From the NCBI GenBank assembly GCA_963668025.2, contig CAXXTH010000014.1, positions 76,605 through 140,604 of the forward strand: a DNA stretch of 64,000 nt, written 5' to 3'. Below, in pieces: positions 27,734 to 37,012 of the stretch (position 1 is its first letter; the number at the start of each line of letters is the position of its first letter). The notes beneath the pieces are model-generated. The model was not told the DNA's origin, ran no database searches, and was given only the letters and a program-made list of their open reading frames with translations. The position numbers and the translations under genes are program-made. The DNA comes from Candidatus Hydrogenedentota bacterium (GTDB lineage: Bacteria > Hydrogenedentota > Hydrogenedentia > Hydrogenedentales > SLHB01).

Positions 27734-29173
27734 TCATATGCGCAAGGTGTTGCGAATAAAGGCTATATCGTAGAGGCCGAAGGCCCATGCGGCGGCGGCG
27801 TAGAGGAATGCGCCCAGGGAAACGGTGCAAGCCAGGGGCGCATCGCGGAAGGCCCATAGTCCGCAGGCCATGATGAGGGCCGCCAGCATGGGGCGGAGGA
27901 GCGCGCCACGCAGGAATTTCATGATGGATGCGCCGGGCAGCATCCAGCGCAGGGAGGCCATCATGCCGAGGGTGGTCCAGGCCGCGAATGCGGCGTTGAG
28001 GGCCAGGAGTCCCGGGATATCCCAGCGGGGTATCGCCCACAGGCAGAGGACGGCTTTGAGGGCCACGCCGCTGCCGTATATGCCCAGGGGGATGCCTTGC
28101 CGGCGCTGGGCGCGGGCGAATTCGATGAGGCCCCGGTTGAGCATCTCGATGGCCATGAACGCCGTGAGGGCGGCCACGGCGGGGACGCTGGGCAGGTAGC
28201 GTTCGCCGCAGAGGGTGGCCACGGCCGGTTTCGCCAGGACAATCATCCCGGCGGCCATGGGCAGGCCGAAGGACGCGAAGGTGCGGACGGCGCGTTCGAG
28301 GGCGGCGCATTGGTTCTCCGCACTTTCACGCGCGGTGCGGCTCAGGACAGGATACAGCACGGCGGCGAAGATGTCGGCGATGGGCGCGAGGAGGAGGTAG
28401 AACCGGATGGCGATGGCGTAGTAACCGGGGGAATCGGGCGCGCCGAAGGCGGTGAGCAGGGGCAGGTCCATGGCGCAGGCCGCCGTGGCGGCGAGTCCTC
28501 CGAGTGCGATGGGCCAGCCTTGGCGGAGGAGATAGGCGCATGGGGCCATGGCGAGGCGCATGGGCGTCGCGCCAGCGATGCGCCGGACGGCGCACCAGGA
28601 TAATCCCAGATGGACGGCGTAGACGGGGAGCATCCATGCCACAAGGCCTTGCGCGCCCACGCCGGCGTAGAGCAACAGCAAGGAGCCCAGCACGAGGGCC
28701 GTGCGGAGCAGCATGTTGAGGATGCTGATGGCGTAAAAATGGCCGTGGGCCGCCAAGATAGCGTGCTGCATGCGGCCCCAGGTCCATAGGGCCACGGCGG
28801 GCGCGCCGATGAGGAGGACGCGCCCTAATCCCGCCTCGAAGCCCAATGCAGGCGCGCCGGCCCAGAGTACGGTAACAAGAACAGCGGCGATGCCCGCTTG
28901 CAGCAGCAAGGCGGGCGCGTAGAGGAGAGCGGCCCGGCTGCGCCGCTGGGCCACATCGCGCACGAGGACATCGTAGAGGCCTGCATTCGTGAAGACCGTG
29001 AACAGGGGAAACAGGGCGATAAAGGTGCTATACCAGGCATTCTCCTCGATGCTGAGGCGGCGTGAGACATAGCTGAAGAGAATGAGGGTCAGGACTTTTT
29101 GCACGGCTTCGGCGGCGAGCAGCCAGAGTACGCTGCGCGCGTGGCGGCTAGATTCGGCTGGTTCCGCGCCCAT
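27734..29173 (-). CDS. Polysaccharide flippase (Wzx/MOP family)
   Basis: About 12-14 TM segments; ARSVLWL..AE..QK, GLYDVLVRDVA, GYYAIAIR, LYPVLSR patterns. Confidence 0.85.
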   Translation of the reverse strand: MGAEPAESSRHARSVLWLLAAEAVQKVLTLILFSYVSRRLSIEENAWYSTFIALFPLFTVFTNAGLYDVLVRDVAQRRSRAALLYAPALLLQAGIAAVLVTVLWAGAPALGFEAGLGRVLLIGAPAVALWTWGRMQHAILAAHGHFYAISILNMLLRTALVLGSLLLLYAGVGAQGLVAWMLPVYAVHLGLSWCAVRRIAGATPMRLAMAPCAYLLRQGWPIALGGLAATAACAMDLPLLTAFGAPDSPGYYAIAIRFYLLLAPIADIFAAVLYPVLSRTARESAENQCAALERAVRTFASFGLPMAAGMIVLAKPAVATLCGERYLPSVPAVAALTAFMAIEMLNRGLIEFARAQRRQGIPLGIYGSGVALKAVLCLWAIPRWDIPGLLALNAAFAAWTTLGMMASLRWMLPGASIMKFLRGALLRPMLAALIMACGLWAFRDAPLACTVSLGAFLYAAAAWAFGLYDIAFIRNTLRI

Positions 29174-29175
29174 GC

Positions 29176-30531
29176 CTAACGCGCCCCGCGCCCGGTGGCG
29201 ACTGTACGTATGGTGGCGAAGAGGATGCGCAGGTCCGCCGCGAGTGAAGCGCTGTTGAGATATAGCAAGTCGTAGCGGAGCTTCTGGGTGTAATCCATGT
29301 CGTAACGTCCATGGATCTGTGCAAGGCCTGTCAGGCCCGGCTTCACGAGGAGGCGGCGCTCATACAGGGGATTCTCGGTGATGAAGCGGGCGGCGAATTC
29401 GGGGCGTTCCGGCCGGGGGCCCACCAAGCTCATATCGCCGCGCAGCACATTCCAAAGCTGGGGGATCTCGTCCATGCGATACCGCCGCAAGAAATGCCCC
29501 GCGCGCGTGATGCGGGGATCGTCCGTCTGCGCCAGCAAAGGGCCGCTCCCGTTTTCCGCGCCGTCGTTCATGGTGCGGAACTTATAGATGCGGAAGGCGC
29601 GCCCATGCAACCCCAGCCGTTCCTGGGAATACAGGATTGGCGGGCCGCTATCAAACCGCACAAATAACGCCGCCAACAGCGCCGCGGGTGAAAGCAGGAC
29701 CATCCCTCCTATCGCCGCCGCGATATCGAGCGCACGTTTCCCCAAACGGTAATGGCCCATGGCGTCGGGATTCAGGGAGATGAGTGGCGTCTGGGCCAGG
29801 CTCGCCACGCGGGTGTGCAGGAGAAGCGGCAAGCCTAACTCGGGATACAAATAGGCCTCGATCCCCCGCGTATCGCATGTGGACAGAAGCTGGTGAAGCC
29901 TGGCCTGCGGCAAATCGCCCGAGACCAGCACGATGGCGTCGACGCGGGTATTGGCCAGTGCATCGGCGGCTTCCAGCGCGTCCCATGGGGCCGACAGCTC
30001 CATCAATTTTGGCGCATGAGACTGCATTTCACGCATCAATGCGCGGGACTGCCCGGCGGGCCCGATGACCGCCACACGCACGCGGTATCCCGTCCGCCGC
30101 AGCCACGCCAGCACGATGGCCCGCGAACAGATGAACCATGCGGCCAGCAACACGGCGTCCGCCGGTGCCGCCAGACGGGACAGATGGTTGGCGGGCGTAT
30201 AATACAATCGAATAAGCGCCAGGGCGATATAGCCGCACGCCACGCCCGCTATAGCAGCGCCTAGCCCTGAAAACGCATGCTCCGCCAGCGTGAGGCGATG
30301 GCGAAAATCGTAAAGGCCGCAACGTTCCGCGAAGAACAGGCGGATCAACACGGAAACCGGCAGGCAGACGCCATATAGGCGGATATGCTCTTCTGGCGGC
30401 ATGCCTCCGAAACGCAGCAACAGCGCACCCGCCATGCAGGCCATCATGGCGGCCACATCACACGCCGCCAGCATTGCCTCCCGGCGCACGGCGGGCGGGC
30501 GCTGTATGATGCGCAAATCAGAAGAATGCAT
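29176..30531 (-). CDS. Polyprenyl-phosphate sugar transferase (initiating glycosylphosphotransferase)
   Basis: KRALDI, YKFRTM, DPRIT, DEIPQLWNVLRGDMSLVGPRPE, KPGLTGLAQ; N-terminal TMs; start trimmed to 30531. Confidence 0.93.
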   Translation of the reverse strand: MHSSDLRIIQRPPAVRREAMLAACDVAAMMACMAGALLLRFGGMPPEEHIRLYGVCLPVSVLIRLFFAERCGLYDFRHRLTLAEHAFSGLGAAIAGVACGYIALALIRLYYTPANHLSRLAAPADAVLLAAWFICSRAIVLAWLRRTGYRVRVAVIGPAGQSRALMREMQSHAPKLMELSAPWDALEAADALANTRVDAIVLVSGDLPQARLHQLLSTCDTRGIEAYLYPELGLPLLLHTRVASLAQTPLISLNPDAMGHYRLGKRALDIAAAIGGMVLLSPAALLAALFVRFDSGPPILYSQERLGLHGRAFRIYKFRTMNDGAENGSGPLLAQTDDPRITRAGHFLRRYRMDEIPQLWNVLRGDMSLVGPRPERPEFAARFITENPLYERRLLVKPGLTGLAQIHGRYDMDYTQKLRYDLLYLNSASLAADLRILFATIRTVATGRGAR

Positions 30532-30701
30532 AATCGAGTGCCCCCGGTTTCGACTTCCATATGGTATGCTAGTGGCAATGCGCCCCACAATCAAGCGAAG
30601 GGACCAGGGAGAGTTGCATTTGAAAAGAGTGAAGGAAACAGCCACAGAGGACATAACCACAAAAATAGTATTACATATATTTTTACACAAACATAAATTT
30701 A

Positions 30702-31589
30702 TTATTTAAATGGCGAACACGCTGGAGCTGAGATGGATTTTGATGTTCTCCATCTGGAGATATCTATGGAATCCGTGTCCAGATAAACGGTTCCATGCCT
30801 TAGTTTCGCGGTTCCCGCGGCATTGGTGATATAGGTTTCCGTCCGCTGGCTTCCCGTTGCTTCATTGACCTTGCTTCCAAGATATTTCCAATCCGCATCG
30901 GCCTGATCATGGCCATTCAATTCCGCACACATTATATGCACAAAACAGATATCACCATTTGATCGGTTCAGCGAATAACATGCGATCAAATGCCATCCCG
31001 AATGGCCATTGTGGCTTTCGCCTCCTTTGCCAGGGCGAATAGTAGTCTTTACCTCCAATCCGGCAAGACATTTGCCATTTTCGGTCTTGTAGACAAGATC
31101 CGGATACCTCTGGTCATGATTATGTTTATATGAAGAAAAACGCGAGAGAGAATCACAAAGAATATTCGATACAATACCACCGAAATTATTACCCTGTATG
31201 AACGCGGAAAGTGGCCGTCCAGAAACACGGCGCAAGGTTGTATTTAGCAAATGCACCATATAATGCGTTTCATTCAAAGCTGTCTCTATTTGTGAAACCA
31301 TTAGCATCGGCGGTAATAGAGGGCCGCTAATAAAGAAGCTTGGCTTAACCGCTGGCGCCTCATTATGGTTGGTGTATGCGCGTTCAACAATGATCGGAAT
31401 ATCCATGTCGAGTGCTTTTGCCAATGCATCCAAAACACCTATCGTAAAATTCTCTTTCCCATTCTCAACGGAGGAAAGATATTGATACGTGATGCCTGCC
31501 CGCTCCGCAAGCCGCTCCTGCGACAAACCCGCAGTTTCTCGCAATTGGCGTATTACCCGCCCTATAATAGCTTTAGAATCGCCACCCAT
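30702..31589 (-). CDS. XRE HTH (controller-like) fused to a PD-(D/E)XK restriction endonuclease-like domain
   Basis: N-terminal IGRVIRQLRETAGLSQERLAERAGITYQYLSSVENGKEN; C-terminal YPDL...GLEVK nuclease motif; divergent from a DNA methyltransferase; low GC. Confidence 0.8.
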   Translation of the reverse strand: MGGDSKAIIGRVIRQLRETAGLSQERLAERAGITYQYLSSVENGKENFTIGVLDALAKALDMDIPIIVERAYTNHNEAPAVKPSFFISGPLLPPMLMVSQIETALNETHYMVHLLNTTLRRVSGRPLSAFIQGNNFGGIVSNILCDSLSRFSSYKHNHDQRYPDLVYKTENGKCLAGLEVKTTIRPGKGGESHNGHSGWHLIACYSLNRSNGDICFVHIMCAELNGHDQADADWKYLGSKVNEATGSQRTETYITNAAGTAKLRHGTVYLDTDSIDISRWRTSKSISAPACSPFK

Positions 31590-31644
31590 AGAGCGGAATA
31601 ATAGCACTTGACAAAAAGCATGTCTTTCAACTATAGTCGAAATC
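31590..31644. promoter_or_regulatory. Overlapping divergent promoters of the R-M cassette
   Basis: Plus strand: TTGACA 31608-31613 and TATAGT 31632-31637, 7 nt before the MTase ATG. Minus strand: TGcTATTAT 8 nt before the REase ATG. No SD on either side; near-palindrome AACTATAGTC at 31629-31638. Confidence 0.55.
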
Positions 31645-32583
31645 ATGGGCAAGGTTACGTTAATATCCGGTGATTGTTTGCTGGAGTTGAGCAAGCTTGA
31701 GCCTGACTCGATTCATGCCATATGCACGGATCCGCCATACGGGATGGTCGAGTTTTCAGAAGAAGAAATGGCGAAGCTCAGGGCGAAGCGGGGAGGGATC
31801 TGGAGGCTGCCGCCCAAATGGGATGGCTGCGAACGGAATCCGCTTCCACGCTTTACGGTATTATCCACCGAACAAAAAAAAGATATTGAACGTTTTTTTT
31901 GCCACTGGGCAAAGATAGTATTCTCGAAAATGCGGCCAGGCGGCCATGTATTGATAGCCAGCAATCCTATTCTCCAAATGTATGTTCAAAATGCCCTAGT
32001 TTCCTTAGGATTCGAAAATAGAGCCACGATTTTACGCTTGTATAATGGCTTCAGGGGTGGAGACAAACCGAAAAACGCGGAAGTGGAATTCGCGGGCGTA
32101 TGTGTGACGCCGAAAGGCAAATATGAGCCATGGCTCTTGTTTCGAAAACCTATTTCGGAAAAAACCGTCGCGCAGAATTTACGGAAATGGGGAACAGGCG
32201 GATTGCGCATGCTCGCGGGGGGGAAACCCGTGCCTGATGTTATCGCCAGCTTCAAAACGCCTGCATTGGAACGTCGCATCGCGGAACATCCGTCCCTGAA
32301 ACCTCAACATTTGTTGAGAATTTTTGTGCGCGCATTATTGCCTTTAGGCGAAGGCATCGTGCTAGATCCGTTCATGGGTGCTGGCTCCACCCTTGCGGCA
32401 GCTACAAATCTTGGTGTCGATACCATCGGAATGGAGATTGATCCCACATTTTTTGCAATAGCGGAACGGGCTATTCCTTTGCTTGCCGCACTTTATCCTG
32501 GAATGAACGGTGAAAACATGGAATGGCAAGAAACAGATGAAAGGCATACGAACTGCCAAGAACAGATGTCTCTTTTGGAATAA
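31645..32583 (+). CDS. Site-specific DNA methyltransferase (N4-C/N6-A, beta class)
   Basis: GDCL; motif IV DPPY precedes HPSLKP and motif I DPFMGAGST. Confidence 0.93.
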   Translation: MGKVTLISGDCLLELSKLEPDSIHAICTDPPYGMVEFSEEEMAKLRAKRGGIWRLPPKWDGCERNPLPRFTVLSTEQKKDIERFFCHWAKIVFSKMRPGGHVLIASNPILQMYVQNALVSLGFENRATILRLYNGFRGGDKPKNAEVEFAGVCVTPKGKYEPWLLFRKPISEKTVAQNLRKWGTGGLRMLAGGKPVPDVIASFKTPALERRIAEHPSLKPQHLLRIFVRALLPLGEGIVLDPFMGAGSTLAAATNLGVDTIGMEIDPTFFAIAERAIPLLAALYPGMNGENMEWQETDERHTNCQEQMSLLE

Positions 32584-32722
32584 TAAATGGGTTCATCCAT
32601 TCCATATTGCACAGGGTTCACAAGTGATGCAACATGGAAAAGCCTGTCTGTGCGGGGAAAAAAACTGCCGTTCTTGAGTAGGCGCAATAACCTACGGTTG
32701 AGGCAGATGACTCAAAATGTGT

Positions 32723-33070
32723 CTATTCTTCGAATGATTCTCTTGCAGTAGAAGGGCTATTGGGGCCGTTAGGTCCATGCGGCCCTTTTTCATCTCCTCC
32801 TATGAAGGAGAGAAGCAGCATCAGCACCACGACCCCAGCAAGCGCCAGCATGGTCTCACGGCGCGTAAAATACGAACAAAACGTCCTCCAGTGGGTAATC
32901 AGGTGAAACAAGCCCGCTATGGCGAACGCCAGCCCGATCCATTCGTGAAAACCTTTGATATAGGGAAGGCGAAGCTCGAACAGCATCATGATGCCGGTTA
33001 TCGCCACAACTATAAACGTCCATACTGTAATGGGCGTAATCCATGCCCGCCACTTGCTCATATCAACCAT
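32723..33070 (-). CDS. Small membrane protein (DUF4405-like, possible heme-binding)
   Basis: ITGIMMLF...HEWIGL...GLFHLITHW; three TMs with conserved His residues. Confidence 0.7.
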   Translation of the reverse strand: MVDMSKWRAWITPITVWTFIVVAITGIMMLFELRLPYIKGFHEWIGLAFAIAGLFHLITHWRTFCSYFTRRETMLALAGVVVLMLLLSFIGGDEKGPHGPNGPNSPSTARESFEE

Positions 33071-33274
33071 CGAGCAATTCCTTTCCTCAGTTTTGGTTTT
33101 GGCTTCCAACCTAAGCCATCTACAAATTAGTATCGCATTCCACCAACAATGTTACAAGATTGGACAAGATCGCAACGATTCTTCATAAAGCCAAACCTGC
33201 TTCAGTTGGCAAAGTGTCACAAAAAATCTTGTAAATCCTGTCAAAAAATCTCCCATTAACGGCGGTTTGCCATG

Positions 33275-33503
33275 TATTCACGGTTATTCGCATCTATTCG
33301 CGGTTTAAAAAAACAACCTAATGTCTTTACTCCAGATGGCTAAAGTGTAACGAAGTTTTATTGCAGGTATGTCGCGCTTTAAACGGTTGCATTCTTTGTG
33401 GCTTCGCGGCTTGCGTGAAATAGATGAGTAAGGCTGGCGCGCTGTAATACCAACAGAAATTCCATTCGATTGATACGCACGCAAAGCCGCCAAGAACACA
33501 AAG
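33275..33503. repeat. Cluster of short intergenic repeats (3x 10-mer plus a long inverted repeat)
   Basis: TATTCACGGT-TATTCGCATC-TATTCGCGGT (33275-33304); IR arms CTTTGTGGCTTCGCGGCTTGCGTG (33394-33417) and CACGCAAAGCCGCCAAGAACACAAAG (33478-33503). Confidence 0.6.
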
Positions 33504-33584
33504 GTAAACGAGAATAAACAATGCTATGTCGTTACATTGGGTTGTGGTCAACGCTCACGTCGGGTGTGCGTCCCAATTGTGCTT

Positions 33585-34898
33585 TCATGCGGCATCTTTC
33601 CTAGCTCTGTCGGCCCAGAAGTCTTCGAAGTCTCTGTTCAAGAAGGCGCATCGTAGCGTAATGATCTTGTTTGCACCGTTGACCGTCCATCTCATTCCGG
33701 ACTGCTTGAGCCGTTTTCCTACAACATTTTTGCAGCCGGCCTCTATGACGCCGGAGCCGACGAACAGTTTTTGTTCCCGGAATTCGGCATAGCGCATCAT
33801 GTGGGCGCGGCTGCCCAGATACAGAAAATGTTCCCAGGCCGCCTTGCCGTCATCGTCGTGGCTGGGCATGTGTGGCCGCAGTAGCTCCAGGGCCTGCGCG
33901 GCCTCTCCCTGCCGCACGAGTTCGCTGAGGCTTTGGCGCATCCGCATCCCCAGCTCAGTGGTCTTCCCAAAGAGCAGCGCGCACAACAGCGCCAGGTGTT
34001 CCAGTGCGTGATACAGGTCGAGGATGTGAACGGCCCCGGGGAAGTAGTCGGCGGCGATGTTCGCTATCCATTGCGCGCCGTCGGAAAGGACCACCACCTT
34101 TTGCGCGCGTTCCAGTCCACGGCGCTGGGCTTCGGCGAAGATGCGGCCTGCAAAGGCTTCGGCGTTTTCCACGGCGCCGGAAAAGGTGGTGCTGCCGGGG
34201 TCGCGCACCGGCTCCCCCTTCTCGTCCGTGCTGGTTTGTGTGAAGACGCATCCGATTTTGGCCTCACGGGTTTTGGCGGATCCGTCTTGCGCCTTTCCCT
34301 TGCGCCCGTCCGTTTCGGACTTGACGACGGGAACCCCCGTGCCGTCCATTTCGATGTACAGGACGGGAATCTCATCGCCGGTGCTGGGCTGCGCGGGGTT
34401 TGACGGATGCCCGCGCCGCTGCTTTTCCCACGCGGCCACGTCCGCTCCCGTCTGCTCGCTGGACCGCTCGCAGTCCTTGGCGCTCACGCTGATGCCCGCC
34501 AGTTCTTTTAGATCCCCGGCGGCGTCCGCGAAGCTTTCCCGCGCGCCAAGGCGCGCCGTCATTCGCCTGACGCCGGGCGAACGCGAAGTGCCCGCGACAT
34601 CCAGCAGTTCGTCCGCTGGATAGGCGGTGGCCCCGCATGGGCAGCGGTACATCGCGCGCTCCTGCGTGACGTTCCCCAGAATGGTCGTGATGCGCCTGGC
34701 CCGCATGCCCGCGCGGCGCATGGGATGGCCGCACAGCGGGCACGCATGCTCCTGGCCCTGGACAATGGCGTTTGCCTTGTCGAACAGGACGGCCAGCGTC
34801 TTTCCCGCGCCTTCCAGGGCGGCGGTGCGGATGAGTTTCTCCGTTGCTTCAAAGTCCACGCCGCGGTCCCGGCGGACTAGCGCCAGCGCCCGCGACAT
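33585..34898 (-). CDS. ISKra4-family transposase
   Basis: CPLCG and CPCG zinc motifs; EMDGTGVP; SDGAQWI; LDLYHALEHL; GSGVIEAGCK; RLKQSGMRW. Confidence 0.92.
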   Translation of the reverse strand: MSRALALVRRDRGVDFEATEKLIRTAALEGAGKTLAVLFDKANAIVQGQEHACPLCGHPMRRAGMRARRITTILGNVTQERAMYRCPCGATAYPADELLDVAGTSRSPGVRRMTARLGARESFADAAGDLKELAGISVSAKDCERSSEQTGADVAAWEKQRRGHPSNPAQPSTGDEIPVLYIEMDGTGVPVVKSETDGRKGKAQDGSAKTREAKIGCVFTQTSTDEKGEPVRDPGSTTFSGAVENAEAFAGRIFAEAQRRGLERAQKVVVLSDGAQWIANIAADYFPGAVHILDLYHALEHLALLCALLFGKTTELGMRMRQSLSELVRQGEAAQALELLRPHMPSHDDDGKAAWEHFLYLGSRAHMMRYAEFREQKLFVGSGVIEAGCKNVVGKRLKQSGMRWTVNGANKIITLRCAFLNRDFEDFWADRARKDAA

Positions 34899-34921
34899 TT
34901 CCGCGGACCTTTCCAGTTCGA

Positions 34922-35272
34922 CTAGAGCCCTTTTTTTTGCCGCTCGTGGGCGGCCTCCTTGTCGCGCTCAAGCTCTCCGAGCTGTTGTGTCAGCTCGCAA
35001 AAGCGTTCGGCGAGTTCGTGAATACGCTTGCTGTTGTCCGTCTGTTCACGGGCGCGCCGCACGTCCTCGGGACTTCGCAGCCGCTGCCGCCGGGGCTTTC
35101 CCTGCTCGTACCACTGCAGGGAGTAATAAGGTCCCCGTTCCACGGCCTCCGGCATGTCCTTGCGTGTGCCCTTGACCATTTGCTCCGACACGCCGCCCGG
35201 GTGGGCGCTTCGAATGGCGCGCATCTGCCCCAAAATACATTCCCGTTGCGCTTCAATCGTCTCAATGTTCAT
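34922..35272 (-). CDS. ISKra4 upstream accessory ORF, probably frameshift-linked to the transposase
   Basis: Inside the TIRs; RGPYYSLQW motif; ends in a poly-A/GGG run (QKKGL*) just before the transposase frame. Confidence 0.7.
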   Translation of the reverse strand: MNIETIEAQRECILGQMRAIRSAHPGGVSEQMVKGTRKDMPEAVERGPYYSLQWYEQGKPRRQRLRSPEDVRRAREQTDNSKRIHELAERFCELTQQLGELERDKEAAHERQKKGL

Positions 35273-35642
35273 GGCGGCCTCCATTTGTGTCTATACAGAC
35301 ACAAAATTATACCGCAAAAAACATCTGGACGCAACGAAACACAATCATGGCGCACACCCGCTCACGTCAGATCTCTTGCGAATTTCAACACGCTGTGGCA
35401 GACTAATCCCACCGGGCGAAACGGAGGCCGGCCCTGCTGGCGAGCAACCGGCCCTCTCACGCCCCCAAACACTCATCGGATTGATAGACCGCCTATGCCT
35501 CAAAAAACGCACACTTGAACCAATGGCTACGACCGACTGTAGCCGCTTAAAAAATCGGGGATTGTCCATTTCCCGCTGAACCGGCGCCGGAGGAATATAA
35601 GGATGATAAAATCAGGCCTGTTGCCATTTCTATTGTTTTTAC

Positions 35643-37012
35643 GGGTGCTCCCTCAATATGATAACCTCAATTGACCCCGTGGCGGGCCACGTGTTGCCAG
35701 AACTGGTCCCAACGGCCCTCGGTCATCTCCAGCGACCTGAGCGCGATCACCGCGCTCGCGCCCGCTTCCTTCCACCGCATCCCGGAGCATGCCAGGCGTT
35801 GCTTGATCAGCGTCTTGCACGCCGCCTCCGTCACTCCGCTGCCGATGGGAAGGCGCTCCGCCGTGTGCCGCCAGTATTGCATCTTCGAGCGGTGATTGCC
35901 GAAGTAGGTGATCGCCTTGCCGAGTTCCTCGCGGCAAGCCTGGGCGCGCACGCTTGGCAAGCTCGCCTTCATCTCCTCCAGCAAGCGTCCGGCTGCGCCC
36001 CTCGTGTGCTTCAGCCGGTGACTCCAGTCCGCCTCCCACTCCCGGCGGCGCGCGCCATGACCGTGAATCGCCTCCGCCGCCTTCCCCACGTATTCCCGCG
36101 CGTGATAGAAATCCAGCATCTGCCGGTCCGTGCGCGGCGTCAAAAACTTCCAGTTGTCCGGCGCGCCGTCGGCCAGGCCGATATACAGCGCCGCCGGGTG
36201 CCTCGCCCTCACGCGCTCCACCTCGCGGCCGAAGCGCTCGAGGAAAGTCTGCTTGCCGTACTCGGGCGATGCGCCCGCGTAGATCGTGTGCAGCCGCTCC
36301 CCGTCCTTGTCGTACAGGCTGATGGACCCGCACATCGCCTGACGCCAGCCGTCCTCCCTGAGCAGCATGCAGGTGCCGTCCAGGCCCACGGCCACCGACG
36401 CGACCGGCCTGTCCAATTCCGGCAGCTCGTACTCCCACGTCTCCTCCCTGGCCTGCGCCAGGGCGCCCACAAAATCGCCGATCTTCTTCACATAGTCGCG
36501 CGAGATTGCGCGGCCTGTCGACTCGAGCAGGTCGCGGCGCATGACATCGGCGCCCATGCGGGAGTATTTTCCGCTGACGATCCGGGCGTAGCGCGGCGTG
36601 GCGTTCATGACCATTCGCGCGTCCCGCTCCAGCGGGCAGAAGGTGCGCCCGCCCGTGGCGGTGTTCTGGTAGACGTGCCGCTCGACGCGGACCGGGCCGT
36701 GGGGCGTCTCGTAGGTCTGGCCGAAGCGCCCCTTGGTTTTGAAGGTGGTGGCGCCGACGCGGATGGGCGAGCCGTCTGTGTCGAAACGGGCCAGGGCCTC
36801 GGCCATGACTGCGCGCCCCACCCCGTTCAGGGCCTCCTGGACCGCCTCCTCCATATCGAGCATCGAACCACGCAGCCTCAGCGAGAAACTCACCTCGAAC
36901 GTGTCGCCGTCGCGCCTTGTCACCATCGCTGCCATCGGTCTTCCTCCGTTAAGGGTCCGGCATACTTATCGACCCGACACGAGGATTTCTTTAGCATTCT
37001 GCGGGAACACCC
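35643..37012 (-). mobile_element. Complete ISKra4-family element (copy 2, different subtype)
   Basis: TIRs GGGTGCTCCCTCAATATGATAA / TTAGCATTCTGCGGGAACACCC; 8-bp duplication GTTTTTAC at 35635-35642 and 37013-37020. Confidence 0.92.
35667..36935 (-). CDS. ISKra4-family transposase
   Basis: RFDTDGSPI; GLDGTCM; ADGAPDNW; LDFYHAREY; PIGSGVTEAACK; SGMRWK. Confidence 0.92.
   Translation of the reverse strand: MAAMVTRRDGDTFEVSFSLRLRGSMLDMEEAVQEALNGVGRAVMAEALARFDTDGSPIRVGATTFKTKGRFGQTYETPHGPVRVERHVYQNTATGGRTFCPLERDARMVMNATPRYARIVSGKYSRMGADVMRRDLLESTGRAISRDYVKKIGDFVGALAQAREETWEYELPELDRPVASVAVGLDGTCMLLREDGWRQAMCGSISLYDKDGERLHTIYAGASPEYGKQTFLERFGREVERVRARHPAALYIGLADGAPDNWKFLTPRTDRQMLDFYHAREYVGKAAEAIHGHGARRREWEADWSHRLKHTRGAAGRLLEEMKASLPSVRAQACREELGKAITYFGNHRSKMQYWRHTAERLPIGSGVTEAACKTLIKQRLACSGMRWKEAGASAVIALRSLEMTEGRWDQFWQHVARHGVN

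Larger units (their letters stand above)
33562..35359 (-). mobile_element. Complete ISKra4-family element (copy 1)
   Basis: TIRs GGGTGTGCGTCCCAATTGTG / CACAATCATGGCGCACACCC; 9-bp target duplication GCTCACGTC at 33553-33561 and 35360-35368. Confidence 0.92.
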
